Shown: one piece after another, positions 1 to 13,300 of the stretch
How the letters are laid out: the number at the start of each line of letters is the position of its first letter
Numbering within the stretch: position 1 is the stretch's first letter
Assembly: GCF_002113885.1 (NCBI RefSeq)
Contig: NW_018408770.1
Location: forward strand, 714,458 to 778,457
Source: Mizuhopecten yessoensis
Taxonomy: Eukaryota
DNA length: 64,000 nucleotides
Direction of reading: 5' to 3'
Position numbers and translations under genes: made by a program
Notes under the pieces: model-generated
Told to the model about the DNA's origin: nothing
Seen by the model: only the letters and a program-made list of their open reading frames with translations
Databases searched by the model: none

Positions 1-1300
1 GTGACTTGTTCTGTAGGTAATCCTCCATGACCTTGTGATACAACACAGTGACTTGTTCTGTATGTAATCCTCCATGACCTTGTGATACAACACAGTGGCT
101 TGTTCTATAGGTAATCCGCCATGACCTTGTGATACGACACAGTGTCTTGTTCTCTAGGTAATCCTCATGACCTTGTGATACAACACAGTGACTTGTTCTC
201 TAGGTAATCCTCCATGACCTTGTGATACAACACGGTGACTTGTTCTGTAGGTAATCCTCCATGACCTTGTGATACAACACAGTGACTTGTTCTGTAGTTT
301 ATCCTCCATGACCTTGTGAAACAACATGGTGACTTGTTCTCTAGGTAATCCTCCATGACTTTGTGATAGGACACAGTGTCTTGTTCTCTAGGTAATCCTC
401 ATGACCTTGTGATACAACCCAGTGACTTGTTCTCTAGGTAGTCCTCCATGCCCTTGTGATACCCCACGGTGCCTTGTTCTCTAGGTAATCCTCTATGACC
501 TTGTGATACAACACGGTCACTTGTTCTCTAGGTAATCCTCATGACCTTGTGATACAACGCGGTGACTTGTTCTCTAGGTAGTCCTCCATGACCTTGTGAT
601 ACAGCACAGTGACTTGTTCTCTAGGGAATCCTCCATGACCTTGTGATTCAACACGGTGACTTTTTCTCTAGGTAATCCTCCATGGCCTTGTTATACAACA
701 CGGTGACTTGTTCCCTAGGTAATCCTCCATGACCTGGTGATACAACACGGTGACTTGTTCCCTAGGTAATCCTCCATGACCTAGTGATACAACACGGTGA
801 CTTGTGCTCTAGGTAATCCTCATGACCTTGTGATACCACACAGTGACTTATTTTGTAGGTAATCCTCCATGACCTGGTGATACAACACGGTGACTTGTTC
901 CCTAGGTAATCCTCCATGACCTTTTGATACAACACAGTGACTTGTTGTGTAGGTAATCCTCCATGACCTGGTGATACAACACGGTGACTTGTGCTCTAGG
1001 TAATCCTCATGACCTTGTGATACAACCCGGTGTCTTTTTCTCTAGGTAATCCTTCATGACCTTGTGATACAACACCGGGACTTGTTCTCTAGGTAAACCT
1101 CCATGACCTTGTGATACAGCACAGTGACTTGTTCTCTAGGGAATCCTCATCACCTTGTGATACCACACAGTGACTTGTTCTCTAGCTAATCCTCATGACC
1201 TTGTGATACCACACGGTGACTTGTTCTGTAGGTAATCCTCCATGACCTTGTGATACGACACAGTGTCTTATTCTGTAGGTAATCCTCCATGACCTTGTGA
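1..1300 (+). repeat. 47-bp (some 45-bp) minisatellite, at least 27 copies, built from the 3' splice site plus the first 22 nt of the PLAT exon at 1279
   Basis: Unit GTAATCCTCCATGACCTTGTGATACAACACAGTGACTTGTTCTCTAG. The last copy runs directly into the coding exon. The array continues upstream of the window. Confidence 0.95.
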
Positions 1301-4300
1301 AGGACGAGAAGTTACAGTTTGATGTAGACAGATGGCTGTCCTACGATGATAAGGGTGGTGATATAGTCGTGGAAGTCCCGGTCAAACACCCTAAACACGA
1401 TGCATGGCCAGGTAAGGCAACTTCATTTTCCTAGGAATGACTCAATATGTAATCTTTGCTTTGTGATGATGGGGCAAGCATTATGTTACATGTATCAGCA
1501 TTATCAATAGTTAAGTCTCTAAGACAAGTGTTTGGCTTGGCAGTGTTTGACTTTTTATATCCAAATCTATCTATATTAACAGCATGAAGTCAATATTACT
1601 GCTAGAATGAATATGTTTGATTGTTAATCACACACTCAAGTGTTTATGTAGTGTAATAAAACAATCACTTTTTTTGTGTAATTGTAATATTGCCCATTGT
1701 TATGTCATAAGGAACAATGATGAATCTAATTATGGTGGCATTTTTTTCTCTTTTTCTGGTCAAACTTTTGACAACACGTGCTAGTTTAGATTAAGTTGTA
1801 GTGCCAGTGATGATAACAATCTCTAGCTTCCACTCCTTTTGATGATGACGATACTCCATGAAGATTACTTTGTAAAAAAATCTTTGACATCAGACCTTGT
1901 TCAACAATGAAGAATGAAATAGTCCTTCAGTCAGTTTTAGTGTGGCTTTTCTCATCAAGTATTAATTTTTCTTTCTTGTTTTCTTGTGATTTTTGACTTC
2001 ATAGCGCCAGGTAAGATTGCTTGTGTTTAGTTGTGGCTTCCTTAAATATTTAATAATGGCTTTGTAATAGTAATATATATATATGTGCATGGTGGTGAAA
2101 CAACCTTCACTTGACTCAGACATCTTAATAAGCTTCTGACTTGTATTTGTACTGTAAACCAAAAAAAAAAAAAAAAAAAAACTAGAGCAGGATTTGTGTG
2201 GTACAAATGTGTACGTATTTATATTGGGGCATATCCATGTCTTAAGTCTTTCGAAACATAAGTAGAATGTAGCAAAGAGGAAAAGGTGCATATAAACTCC
2301 TTTATAACATAGAAAATTTACACCTTTAGGCCACAACAGATCATTTCTACTTAAAAAAGTATTTTTTGTAAACCCTGCCAGACTAAATTTTAGCAACAAG
2401 GTATCAGGGACTGATAGTCCACCAGTAACTACAAGGTAACGGCCAACTTCAGGGACTGATAGTCCACCAGTAACTACAAGGTAACGGCCAACTTCAGGGA
2501 CTGACAGTCCACCAGTAGCTACAAGGTAATGGCCAACTTCAGGGACTGACAGTCCACCAGTAACTACAAGGTAACAGCCAACTTCAGGGACTGATAGTCC
2601 ACAAGTAACAACAAGGTAACGGCCAACTTCAGGGACCGATAGTCCACCAGTAACTACAAGGTAACGGCCAACTTCAGGGACTGATAGTCCACCAGTAACT
2701 ATACAAGATAACGGCCAACTTCAGGGACTGATAGTCCACCAGTAACAACAAGGTAACGGCCAACTTCAGGGACCGATAGTCCTCCAGTAACTATACAAGA
2801 TAACGGCCAACTTCAGGGACTGATAGTCCACCAGTAGCTACAAGGTAACGGCCAACTTAAGGGACTGATAGTCCACCAGTAGCTACAAGGTAACAGCCAA
2901 CTTCAGGGACTGATAGTCCACCAGTAACAACAAGGTAACGGCCAACTTCAGGGACCGATAGTCCACCAGTAACTATACAAGATAACGGCCAACTTCAGGG
3001 ACTGATAGTCCACCAGTATCTACAAGGTAACGGCCAACTTCAGGGACTGATAGTCCCCCAGTAACTACAATGTAAAGGCCAATTTCAGGTACTGATAATC
3101 CACCAGTATCTACAAGGTAACGGCCAACTTCAGGGACTGACAGTCCACCAGTAGCTACAATGTAACGGCCAACTTCAGGGACTGATAGTCCACCAGTATC
3201 TACAAGGTAACGGCCAACTTCAGGGACTGATAGTCCACCAGTAACTACAATGTAAAGGCCAATTTCAGGGACTGATAATCCACCAGTATCTACAAGGTAA
3301 CGGCCAACTTCAGGGACTGATAGTCCACCAGTAGCTACAAGGCAACGGCCAACTTCAGGGACTGATTGTCTACCAGTAACTATACAAGGAAACGGCCAAC
3401 TTCAGGGACTGATAGTCCACCAGTAGCTACAAGGTAACGGCCAACTTCAGGGACTGATTGTCTACCAGTAACTATACAAGGTAACGGCCAACTTCAGGGA
3501 CTGATAGTCCACCAGTAGCTACAAGGTAACGGCCAACTTAAGGGACTGATAGTCCACCAGTAGCTACAAGGTAAAGGCCAACTTCAGGGACTGATAGTCC
3601 CTACAAGGTAACGGCCAACTTCAGGGACTGATAGTCCACCAGTAGCTACAAGGTAAAGGCAAACTTCAGGGACTGATAGTCCCTACAAGGTAACGGCCAA
3701 CTTCAGGGACTGATAGTCCCCCAGTAGCTACAATGTAACGGCCAACTTCAGGGACTGATAGTCCACCAGTAACTATACAAGGTAACGGCCAACTTCAGGG
3801 ACAGATAGTCCACCAGTAACTACAAGGTAAAGGCCAACTTCAGGGACTGATAGTCCACCAGTAGCTACAAGGTAACGACCAACTTCAGGGACTGATAGTC
3901 CCTACAAGGTAACGGCCAACTTCAGGGACAGATAGTCCACCAGTAGCTACAAGGTAAAGGCCAACTTCAGGGACTGATAGTCAACCAGTAGCTACAAGGT
4001 AACGGCCGACTTCAGGGACTGATAGTCCACCAGTAGCTACAATGTAACGGCCAACTTCAGGGACTGATAGTCCACCAGTAACTACAATATAACGGCCAAC
4101 TTCAGGGACTGATAGTCCACCAGCAAAGTCAACCACCTTGTTACAATGCAGTTGATAATTTATACTTACAATGCATAGCTAGAATCAGATTATTACAACT
4201 GATGCTAAATAGAGAAAAACTGTAGATATTATAATATTGATCGTAGAAATACACTTCGTAACCTATAGGATATTGGAGATTCATAGTATTTTGTTTTAAA

Positions 4301-7300
4301 GTGCACCTATTATAAAACATTGCATAAATCTTCTGTAAAACCATCTTATTTTAGAAATACAATTATTATATTTAAGCTAGCAGAGCTGCACTCAACAAAA
4401 AGTAAGAAAGACATAGGAAATTTGGCGAATTCTTTATTAAAATACATGTTTATTTTCATGGGAAAAAGGAAAAACACTTTTCCGTTTAGAGAATGTGTAG
4501 ATGTAATGTCTACACTTGTGTTGTGTCAAGTGAAATAGATGTTGTGGAAATGTAATTTGTAAATTTGTACTGTTGTGTATTTGTTTATACGTACTTGAAC
4601 CAGTGAGACATATGGCTCAAGGAATAATAAATAACTTAAAGTTGAAAAAACGGTTTATAACATCTTTCTGAATGAGTTAGGAGTCTCATTATAGTACTAC
4701 GAGAAAATTTTTGGTGGATCATTAGTTGCCACTTCGTCCGTCCTTCCGTCCGTCCTTTTCGTGTCCGGAGCATAACTTTACCCACATTTCAGCTAGGATC
4801 ATGAAACTTGGTGTGTACATCACTCATACAAAGACGATGTGCACTGGCCCAAATTAGGGGCCCACAGCCCCTTATTTACATAGTTGTTGCCCTTTGCTTA
4901 AATGTTGTGTCCGGGGCATAAATTTGCCTGCATTTAAGATAGGATCATGAAACTTTCACTTGTATGTACTTTAGTCATACTAAGGTGATGTGCACTGTGC
5001 ACAATTTAGGGCTCACAACCCCTTATTTACAGACGTATTGCCCTTTGTTGCCCTTTACTAAAATGTCGTGCCTGGAGCATAGCTTTGCCTGCATCAATTA
5101 AGGTTGGATCATGAAACTTGGTGTGTACATCAGTCATACTAAGGTGATGTGCACTGTACCAAATTAAGGGTCCACTACCCCATATTTACAGAGTTGTTGC
5201 CCTATGTTAAAACATTGTGTCGGGAGCATAACTTTTCCCGCAATTAAGATAGGATCATGAAACTTTCACTTGGTTTGTACATCAGTCATACTCAAGCAAT
5301 GTGCAGGGTACCAAATTCAGCACAGAGGTATTGCCCTTTTATAAAATATTGTGTCCTGAGCATAAGTCTTGAGTCCCTTTCGAAACAAAATTGAAATGCA
5401 CAGTGTAAAAAATTTAAAATTACCATTGAATTAATATTGGTACGTGTATATCATTGTAACACATATACAATACATGTAACAGTTAACAATTGTTTTTTCA
5501 TCAACAATGATATTTTCTTCTGATAATACATACAGAAACATAATACAAAATATTGTAATCTAATGACAGAAAAGGACAGTGACCGCATCTTTGTACAGAA
5601 CGGAAATTAGATCATTTTGTTTACTATTTTTAGCTACACTGTAATAGTAATCACTCTTTCTAAAAAATGTATGCTGGAGATCCATAATTTTATATTTGCT
5701 ACTCACTTCCTGTCTTCAGGTACCTGTAATATGAAACTACTGGAAATGGCACCAAATAGATTTTTTTGTATGATGCTTTTTTGATTTCGCACTTCCAATA
5801 TTTAATCTACTTTCTTTACCCGTGACCCTAACATCACAAATTTGACTCGTGTCCATAACTGGTGAATTCTGAACTCCTAACATTACATTAGTTGTTTTTT
5901 GGAGATAAATTGGGGAAAGTTATGTTACACTTTGACCTACTTCTAGACAGATTTTTGGATGAATCCATATGTTAAATATTTTACATAAATTTCTGTACAG
6001 TATATGAAGATCCATTTTACAGATTGAAATACCGGTATATATTTATTGAAAATAAGGAAATACAGTGGGTATTAATAAAGATTCTTTTAAGATATACAGC
6101 GGTATATCACAACATCGGGTAAATAAGTGCTGTATTATTGTACACTTCTGACTGACTTTGTGTTCTCTGCAGTGAACAAGTACGTTGTACAGACGACGAC
6201 CGGGAATGAGGCTGGGTCAGGGTCAGATGCTAATGTTTACATCAACCTGTTCGGCACACTGGGTGACTCCGGCAAACGTTACCTCAAAAACAACAGGGAA
6301 GGTGGGAACACCTTCGAGACAGGAAAGGTAAGGTGAAAGGCAAAGTAGGTTATAGTGATAACCTAACCTACTTAACCTACAAAATGATAGTCCATGGAGG
6401 TCATAGGTCAGGGAGGTCACCAAGACAGAGGTCTTTGAAAAAATGAGGTGTTGTCTGTTTAGCATTCATAGTATTTCATAACTTCACACTTTAATATCAA
6501 ATCATCCTGTAATTAAGTATTTTTTATAAAATAACTATTTTGATAATGATGCAACCTTGTGAATCATGGTCTCTTAAAGATGAAACCCCTTTTGGTTGTG
6601 GTCTGATAAAGATGCAACCTCTTGAGGTCAAGGTCTGATAGAGACGCACCCTTTTGAGGTCATGGTCTGATAAAAATGCAACCTCTTCAGATCATGGTCT
6701 GATAAAAATGCAACCTCTTCAGATCATGGTCTGATAAAAACGCACCCCTTTGAGGTCATTGTCTGATAAAAACGCACCCTTTTAAGGTCATGGTCTGATG
6801 AAGATGCACCCTTTTGAGGTCATGGTCTTATAAAGATGCAACCTATTCAGAATGGTCTGATAAAGATGCAACCTCTTGAGGTCATGATCTGATCAAAGTC
6901 ACAAAATGAAAGTTGAAATGGTCACTATCGAGATTCGAGCTCTTCCTGGCCACTCCAAATTGTTCATGATCTATGAAGATTGTATGCTAGTCCTCATTAT
7001 TACTTGTAGGTGGACACCTTTGTAGTGGAGGCTGTAGAACTTGGTCGCCTAGAGACCATCGTCATTGGTCATGATTCCTCAGGATCTGATCCTGCCTGGT
7101 TGGTGGAGAGGGTCACAGTTATGGAGTCTGACGATGCAGAAAAACGTTACTTGTTTCCATGTGGCAGGTAAGTTCTGAGTCCTATAGAATACATATAGAA
7201 GATAAATCAATCTTCGTTATTTATTAATTATTAGGCTCAACATTGTAGTGTATATATTCTATCAAACACAGACTTTAGGAAGTCATTGGCATAAGAAACA

Positions 7301-8211
7301 GCTGTGATTTGTGTTGCCTTTTTATCTGTACAGAGAAAAATATCTAAAGATCTTCTTTGTAACTTTGGTTTGAGTGGTAAATATTGAACAAGTCATTGAA
7401 ACAATTTGACACTGTGACAGGGTAAAATGAGGCCTTATAGCATATATTCAACATACAGAGCTATACAAAATTTTGGTTCTATTTTTACATTCCATTATGA
7501 TAGAAAAGTCTTTGGAGAGACCTACTCTTTTTAATGTGTCAAAAAATACATTGATGATAAGCTAAGGTAAAAAAATAATCAAAAATAAGATATTGATGCT
7601 TTAAGATAAATATTTGAAATATGATTTTCAGCTTATTTATAAGGTTTGGGGGTAATTTGTACAGAATGGGTGTATAGCAGGAAACTGATAATAAATGGGT
7701 GTTTTACAGTTGGCTGAAGGACGAGAACAACGTAGAACCGGTGGAATTGGAGCTGTACATGGATCGTATGGAAAAAGTGGAAATTGTCAGCTCTGACCTT
7801 AATGTCAACGGAAATCAAGGAGGGAGGAGCACACAGGAACAGAGCCAGCAACAAGAGACCGAAGAAGGAAAGCAGGAAGAGAAAGAAGGAGGTGAAGGAG
7901 AGACAGAGGGAGATACAGAAGGGGATCAAAAACTGACAGAAGGAGATCAGGGAGAGGCAGAAGGTGAAGAAGACACAGAAGGAGGACACGAGGATCAACA
8001 AACGGATGGAGAGAAAGGAGAAAATGATCAGGATGAAACAGAAACAAAAGAAGAGACAAATAATAAAGAAAGACAGGAGGAAGATGATGGAAAAACAGAG
8101 GATGAGGATAAAAAGGACGATGAGAATCAGGTGGAAAATAATGAAGGTAATGATGGAAAAACAGATGAAACAAAACCAGAAGATACTCCAAAGAAAGAGG
8201 AAAATGACTAA
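1279..8211 (+). CDS. 3' part of a multi-PLAT/LH2-domain protein (LOXHD1-like) with an acidic C-terminal tail; the 5' exons lie upstream of the window
   Basis: Exons 1279-1411, 6173-6327, 7010-7167 and 7710-8211(TAA), all GT-AG with matching phases. They translate to VILHDLVKDEKLQFDVDRWLSYDDKGGDIVVEVPV.../VNKYVVQTTTGNEAGSGSDANVYINLFGTLGDSGKRYL...FETGK/VDTFVVEAVELGRLETIVIGHDSSGSDPAWLVERVTV...YLFPCGSWL. This is the end of one PLAT repeat plus a full PLAT repeat, followed by an E/D/G-rich tail. Confidence 0.88.
2396..4123. repeat. 45-bp intronic minisatellite, ~38 copies
   Basis: Unit CAGGGACTGATAGTCCACCAGTAACTACAAGGTAACGGCCAACTT, with 47-bp and internally deleted variants. Confidence 0.95.
4688..5400 (+). 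mobile_element. Non-autonomous Helitron/Helentron-like element with internal ~135-160-bp tandem units
   Basis: A (CGTC)n microsatellite at ~4735-4755 is followed by 4-5 diverged units starting GTGTCCGGAGCATAAC (4761, 4907, 5068, 5217, 5351). The ends were not resolved. Confidence 0.6.
6548..6895. repeat. 32-bp diverged minisatellite, ~11 copies
   Basis: Unit approximately GATGCAACCTCTTGAGGTCATGGTCTGATAAA. Confidence 0.85.
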
Positions 8212-8619
8212 ACAGAGTATATACATGGACAAAGTGTGCTGATAATGAAATGTGTAAATCTGTTTTACAGAACCAATTGACACACTAGACTTGGAATACA
8301 TGAACATAAATGAAATACATGTATGAACAATATACCATAGAGAGTTTGGTAATGTTGTATATAGTGTTTGTGTGTATTGGTCGGAGAGCTTTAAGCCAGA
8401 TATTGATACAGAGGTTAGTTAAATGTTGGTGATGGAGGGATTTACTGTAACAATACTGTGTGCTGTTATATTAATCAGGGTACAAAACTGTGAGGTTTAC
8501 AATGTATTGGTAATGGGCCTTTATCAATATCTAAAACGCTGCCAAAATATTTATCATAAATGTCTCATGCAATATCTGTCTGTCTCACAGAATGTTAATC
8601 ATTGTTACTGTATTTCAAT

Positions 8620-8960
8620 GACCTTCTCAAACAACGACCCTCTAAAACATCGAACACACAGAACAGCTCTCATGCAATGACTTGCAAATGACGGACCTCG
8701 AATACAACGACCCTCTTCTGCAACTGTCCACTCACATGAAGACCCTCTTAAACAATAACTTTTACAAAATAACCCTCTCGGACAACAACCCTCTCTCTCA
8801 CAACAACCCTCTCATGCAACATTCGTCTCACACAACAACTCTCTCTTGCATGAACCCTCTCACACAACAACCCTGTCATGCAACAACCCTCTCATGCAAC
8901 AACCCTCTCATAAAACAACCCTCTCATGCAACAACCCTCTCATAAAACAACCCTCTCACT
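8620..8960. repeat. 16-bp diverged minisatellite downstream of the PLAT gene stop codon
   Basis: Unit approximately ACAACCCTCTCATGCA; copies become more regular towards 8960. Confidence 0.8.
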
Positions 8961-10124
8961 GTCTTGCACCTTCAAATTCCTCAGGATGATCACATTTACT
9001 CAGTGACATCTAACAGTCGGACACAACTATAATCTTGTATAAAACACACATTACAATTGACTCGCATGATGACCCTGCCATTATGACTCTCATATTAACT
9101 TATTGCATTGAATAAGATTTTTTTATTCTGTAATAAATGTTAATATCTATTAGTGCTAATGTCGACAACCCTTAGTAACAAGGCTGTAAGGATTTATTAT
9201 AGCAAACTATTACTGGGTTTGGATCTTTGTTCAAATATTTAATAAAAATGTAATTGATATTTATTACCAGTTTCCATACATACACATACTGTAACAACAG
9301 ATAATGTTGATACTTCATTTTCTGTCATGATTCTTGACATTCAAATTATAAGTTACATGTAATAATATCGGTGTAAATGGCGTTCTTTAATGTTTTCCTT
9401 CCCTGTTTATACATATATTGTACTAGTTTTGTTTTGGAAAATTGTAATAGTTGTCTTCTCTTGAAAAAACAGCACCAATTCCTTGTATCTAGGTAGTTAA
9501 ATATGAAAAAATCAGCTTTGTTGATCATACAGCTTTTTTTTTAAGTTGATAAGAATTTTGATGAACATGTTCTGGATTTACCTAGGTATTTTAACTGAAA
9601 TGAATTCCTCACCAGATTATTCTCTGTCGCAAGCTAGTATGTTTTTGTTAGATCAGCCACTGTCTTGTTTGACATCATCTGATTATGTAAGATTCATTAG
9701 AAACAGTGTTTATTTATTGTTGTCTTGAAGTGCTGAAATGTTTTCAAATGCATTTTTGTTGTAACCATTAGCCATAAATGATGTTTGTTTTGTTGTTGAT
9801 TGGATTGTGTATATTTATATAGATGTAGTTAGTAAGATGTATAGTGGTTGTAGTTCAGTATTATTTTTACATGTATAACTAGGTCACTCTTTATATGGAG
9901 AAATTTGAAAAGGAAAAATTGAGATTATGACCAGAAAATGGCAGAATATAGAATTACATAGGATTAGGTAGTATACAGTGTTGAAATCTATCCTTAATGG
10001 TCAGTGGATGAATAGATTAAAATATTATTGTTTTGTGGTTTTTGAGAATTCTCCTCTGACCTTGTCCTGCCCAATTATAGGATTAGCATTTGTGACAATG
10101 TCACACCATCTAAAATCTAAAATG

Positions 10125-10312
10125 TGTGATGTGTCAAAGTCATGTGACCATGGTACATCATCCAATGATTGTTATTTATTAAGGTCATGTGACCATGGTA
10201 CATCGTCCAATGATTGTGATGTGTCAAGGTCATGTGACCTGCAACACGTTCTAATATTTGTTTTTTTATGATGCTCATATAAACATGCAACTCCGTCCAA
10301 TGATTGTGATGT
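10125..10312. repeat. Short ~45-bp tandem repeat, 3-4 copies
   Basis: Recurrent GTCATGTGACCATGGTACATCRTCCAATGATTGT. Confidence 0.7.
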
Positions 10313-13300
10313 ATTTATGTTGTGTTACATCACATATCCTAACATCTGTCTTGTCTTTGCACGATTTGTCATATTAATCTGCTAAAGTGATCAGTGATTT
10401 ATAAACAAGATGTCTTCCAGCTGATTACCAAATACCGTATAAGAATCATCTGACTAATGAAAAGGTCAATCCGGGCCACGAAGGGTTCGGGTCCTGTTAT
10501 TTTTTGGAATTTGTATTGTAACTAATAAATAAATTGTGTAATATATTTAATTATGTATATTTTTCACACAGAGATACATATTTTCTTTCTTTTCAATTTA
10601 TTATGCATATGTTATTTACTGTATATAAGATATATTAATATATTTCCATGGTGTATTTAGCTGTCTTAAGATTACGAAGTTGCCACATAAGTACTGGAAT
10701 GTGTCGTCATCAATCAATGTTGCATCCTTTTTGTGTACATAGATGTCTGTTGACGAGACCTTTGACCCAGACCTTTACAGTGTTACAATCTGGCCACCTG
10801 AACAAATGCATGCTGGGAAATAAACCTTTGATAGTTTGTCTCTGTGTTTCATCACTAGGTTACCTAGAGACTAGGATGAGTTTAGGCTGTACATGGAAGT
10901 AAATTTTGTACATTTTTGTAACAGAAGCTTATAAGACTTGTCTAAAAAGACAGTGATCCCAGTTCTCGTTTGTTCATAATTTGTTGTATTGGAATCTTTT
11001 TACGAAGTCCACTTGTCAACAAAATTAAGGCACAGAGGTCAAATTACGTAAGTGCCTGTTGTCGTTTTTATTCGGCAATAAGCCCATTCATGTACCAACA
11101 TCATCCATATCTATCACAGTTTAGTAGAAGTGCCAACAAATGTAATTTCATTATCCTGTAATAAGCCGACACTGGACGTTTAGTCAGAGATTACCCGGTA
11201 TGTTGGTCCCCTGGGCATTTTGGATAAATATGGTATGAACATGTTTATTGTAAGTCAATATTTATGTAGCGACCTGTAGTTATTCCCTTGGACTAGAATT
11301 CAATGCAGTGAATTGTGATGTTCATTTAGTCGGTGAGTAAGAAAATCAGAAACTGAGTCATTAGAAATTAGCATAGATTCGGAAATTTTAGAGAATGACA
11401 ATACTTTTTCCAGGAGCATAAATTGTTTTTGTGAAAATATTTGTTATGAGAAATAACATTTTTATCAACTTGTCTAATACAGTGTATAAGGAATTAAGGT
11501 CAGTTTGGAGTTTGTTTTGTCTCCAAAATATTGGATGAAATATTTGTTCTTTTTCAGTTCGATTAACTGCAATATAATTGATGATCTACCTCAAGTAGTT
11601 CTGTATTGGTAAAATAAACATCTGGTAAATGTTTACAGTAACCATGAAAGGTTTCGGGAACAAAAACACTATTGTTTTAAAAAATAAAAAACTAGTCAAA
11701 TTGAGGGTGATCATTGTCAGGAGATTAGTTAAATCTGATGCTGCATGTTGAGCAGTAAGCAAAGTTAGTAGTAGAAGTCACAAACATGTTTTAAAAGTAT
11801 TAATTTCACAACTAAACCAGCATACACATATTAGTTAGATTGTGTCCTGATATTTTTTCCCAATATAGATTTTCTAGTTTAGTGATATTTTCTATAATTT
11901 ATTATCTTTAAAATGGAAAACCTAACTCAGTGCCTTATTATAATGTACAGAATTGACATCTGGAATGTTTTCCAGGTTTTTCCAATCCATAATAGGATTT
12001 AAAATATTTAACATATTTATATAATTAACATATTTATTGGAACCTGATGTAAGATGAACATGTACATGTTTATCTATCATATATATTTGTAAGAATTCAC
12101 TAGTTAATTATACACTTTGATTTTCTGAGGATGAAATTAGCCTTTAATTAATATACCTATTTATTGAACAGAATCTCTGGAATTTATCAAAATTTTGTAA
12201 TATGCCAATGATTTTAGTAGCATGTCTTTTTGTTTTATTTTTCAAATTTAGATGTGCCAACAAATCAGTCTTATGTAGATGTTTTTAAATCATTTTTGAA
12301 TTGTTCATTGCACTAAATAGTTGTATATCTGGTTCAGTGTACTTCTGTAAACCAGAAAGGTTGAATTAAGCTGGATAACTGACTGAACCAAACCCCTTCA
12401 GTCTCTGCTTTGAGTATGAACTCTTGTAACATCAGTTGAACAGGCTACCATTTTACATTTCTTGCCTCTTTTCTTTTCCTATTTTATGATTTTTACTTAT
12501 AATATATAGTATTACAATACTGAATCTCTGTCTGGGATGTTTTACAATGATATAATTTCCGTATGATTATATATGTATACCCTATGATTTTATATATAGT
12601 TCAATCTCGTAATGACTTTGTGTATCGTTTAGTTATGAAGACAAAACAAACCAACAAGGAAAAATAGTTTATCACTGCTAACGTTTTAGCAATGATCTAT
12701 ATTTGCCTTGTTGATTTTTCAGTCTGCATATTAATGATACATAAATGTAGTTGTGAAGTATTAGATATACAGACTAAGAAATATAAGGCCACAAGCTTAT
12801 AAGGCTAGAAAACAGTAGTGATGATCAACTATATTAGCCTTGTTGATGATTTTTTTAGTCTACATATACATGTATAACTTGTTACCTGTTTGATATAAAT
12901 TGTATACCTAAGTATTAATCTGTTTGGTTGAAGACATTGAAGCAGTGTTAACACTGTCCTTCAGATTTCCAATTACAGTGAATCTCAAAAATGTTTAAAA
13001 AATTACAAGTAACATGCTTATTTTGACGAAATGCCTCTTTTTAATACAGAAATCGAACTTGCAGATAGATCAAAGGGTGCCTATTTTTTCTGCTGTACTT
13101 GTGATATATACTGTGTTATCCTTGATGTAGGTAAATATGTAGGAAGAACTAGTATAGTCCAAAGCTCGTTTCTGTGATTATTTATCTGTCGTATTCCAGG
13201 TGGACGGTTTTTGTATTGTAATGATTTTTTTCTGTGTACCTAAGAATTATTTTAATATTTCGTTGACTAAAATACATATCCATTTTATTCAATATATTCA

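Noticed and set aside
1962-2399. 145-aa minus-strand ORF and the other 60-150-aa ORFs in introns and UTRs
   Set aside because: They have low-complexity, AT-driven composition, cross poly-A or repeat tracts, and show no recognisable domains.
2405-4123. Stop-free minus-strand frame (VGRYLVVTGGLSVPE)n in the 45-bp array
   Set aside because: It is broken repeatedly by 47-bp and deleted units, has no start or splice context, and all three plus frames have stops.
7633-8307. Hydrophobic 224-aa and 128-aa minus-strand ORFs and the 92-aa alternative-frame ORF
   Set aside because: These are shadows of the purine-rich acidic terminal exon on the plus strand.
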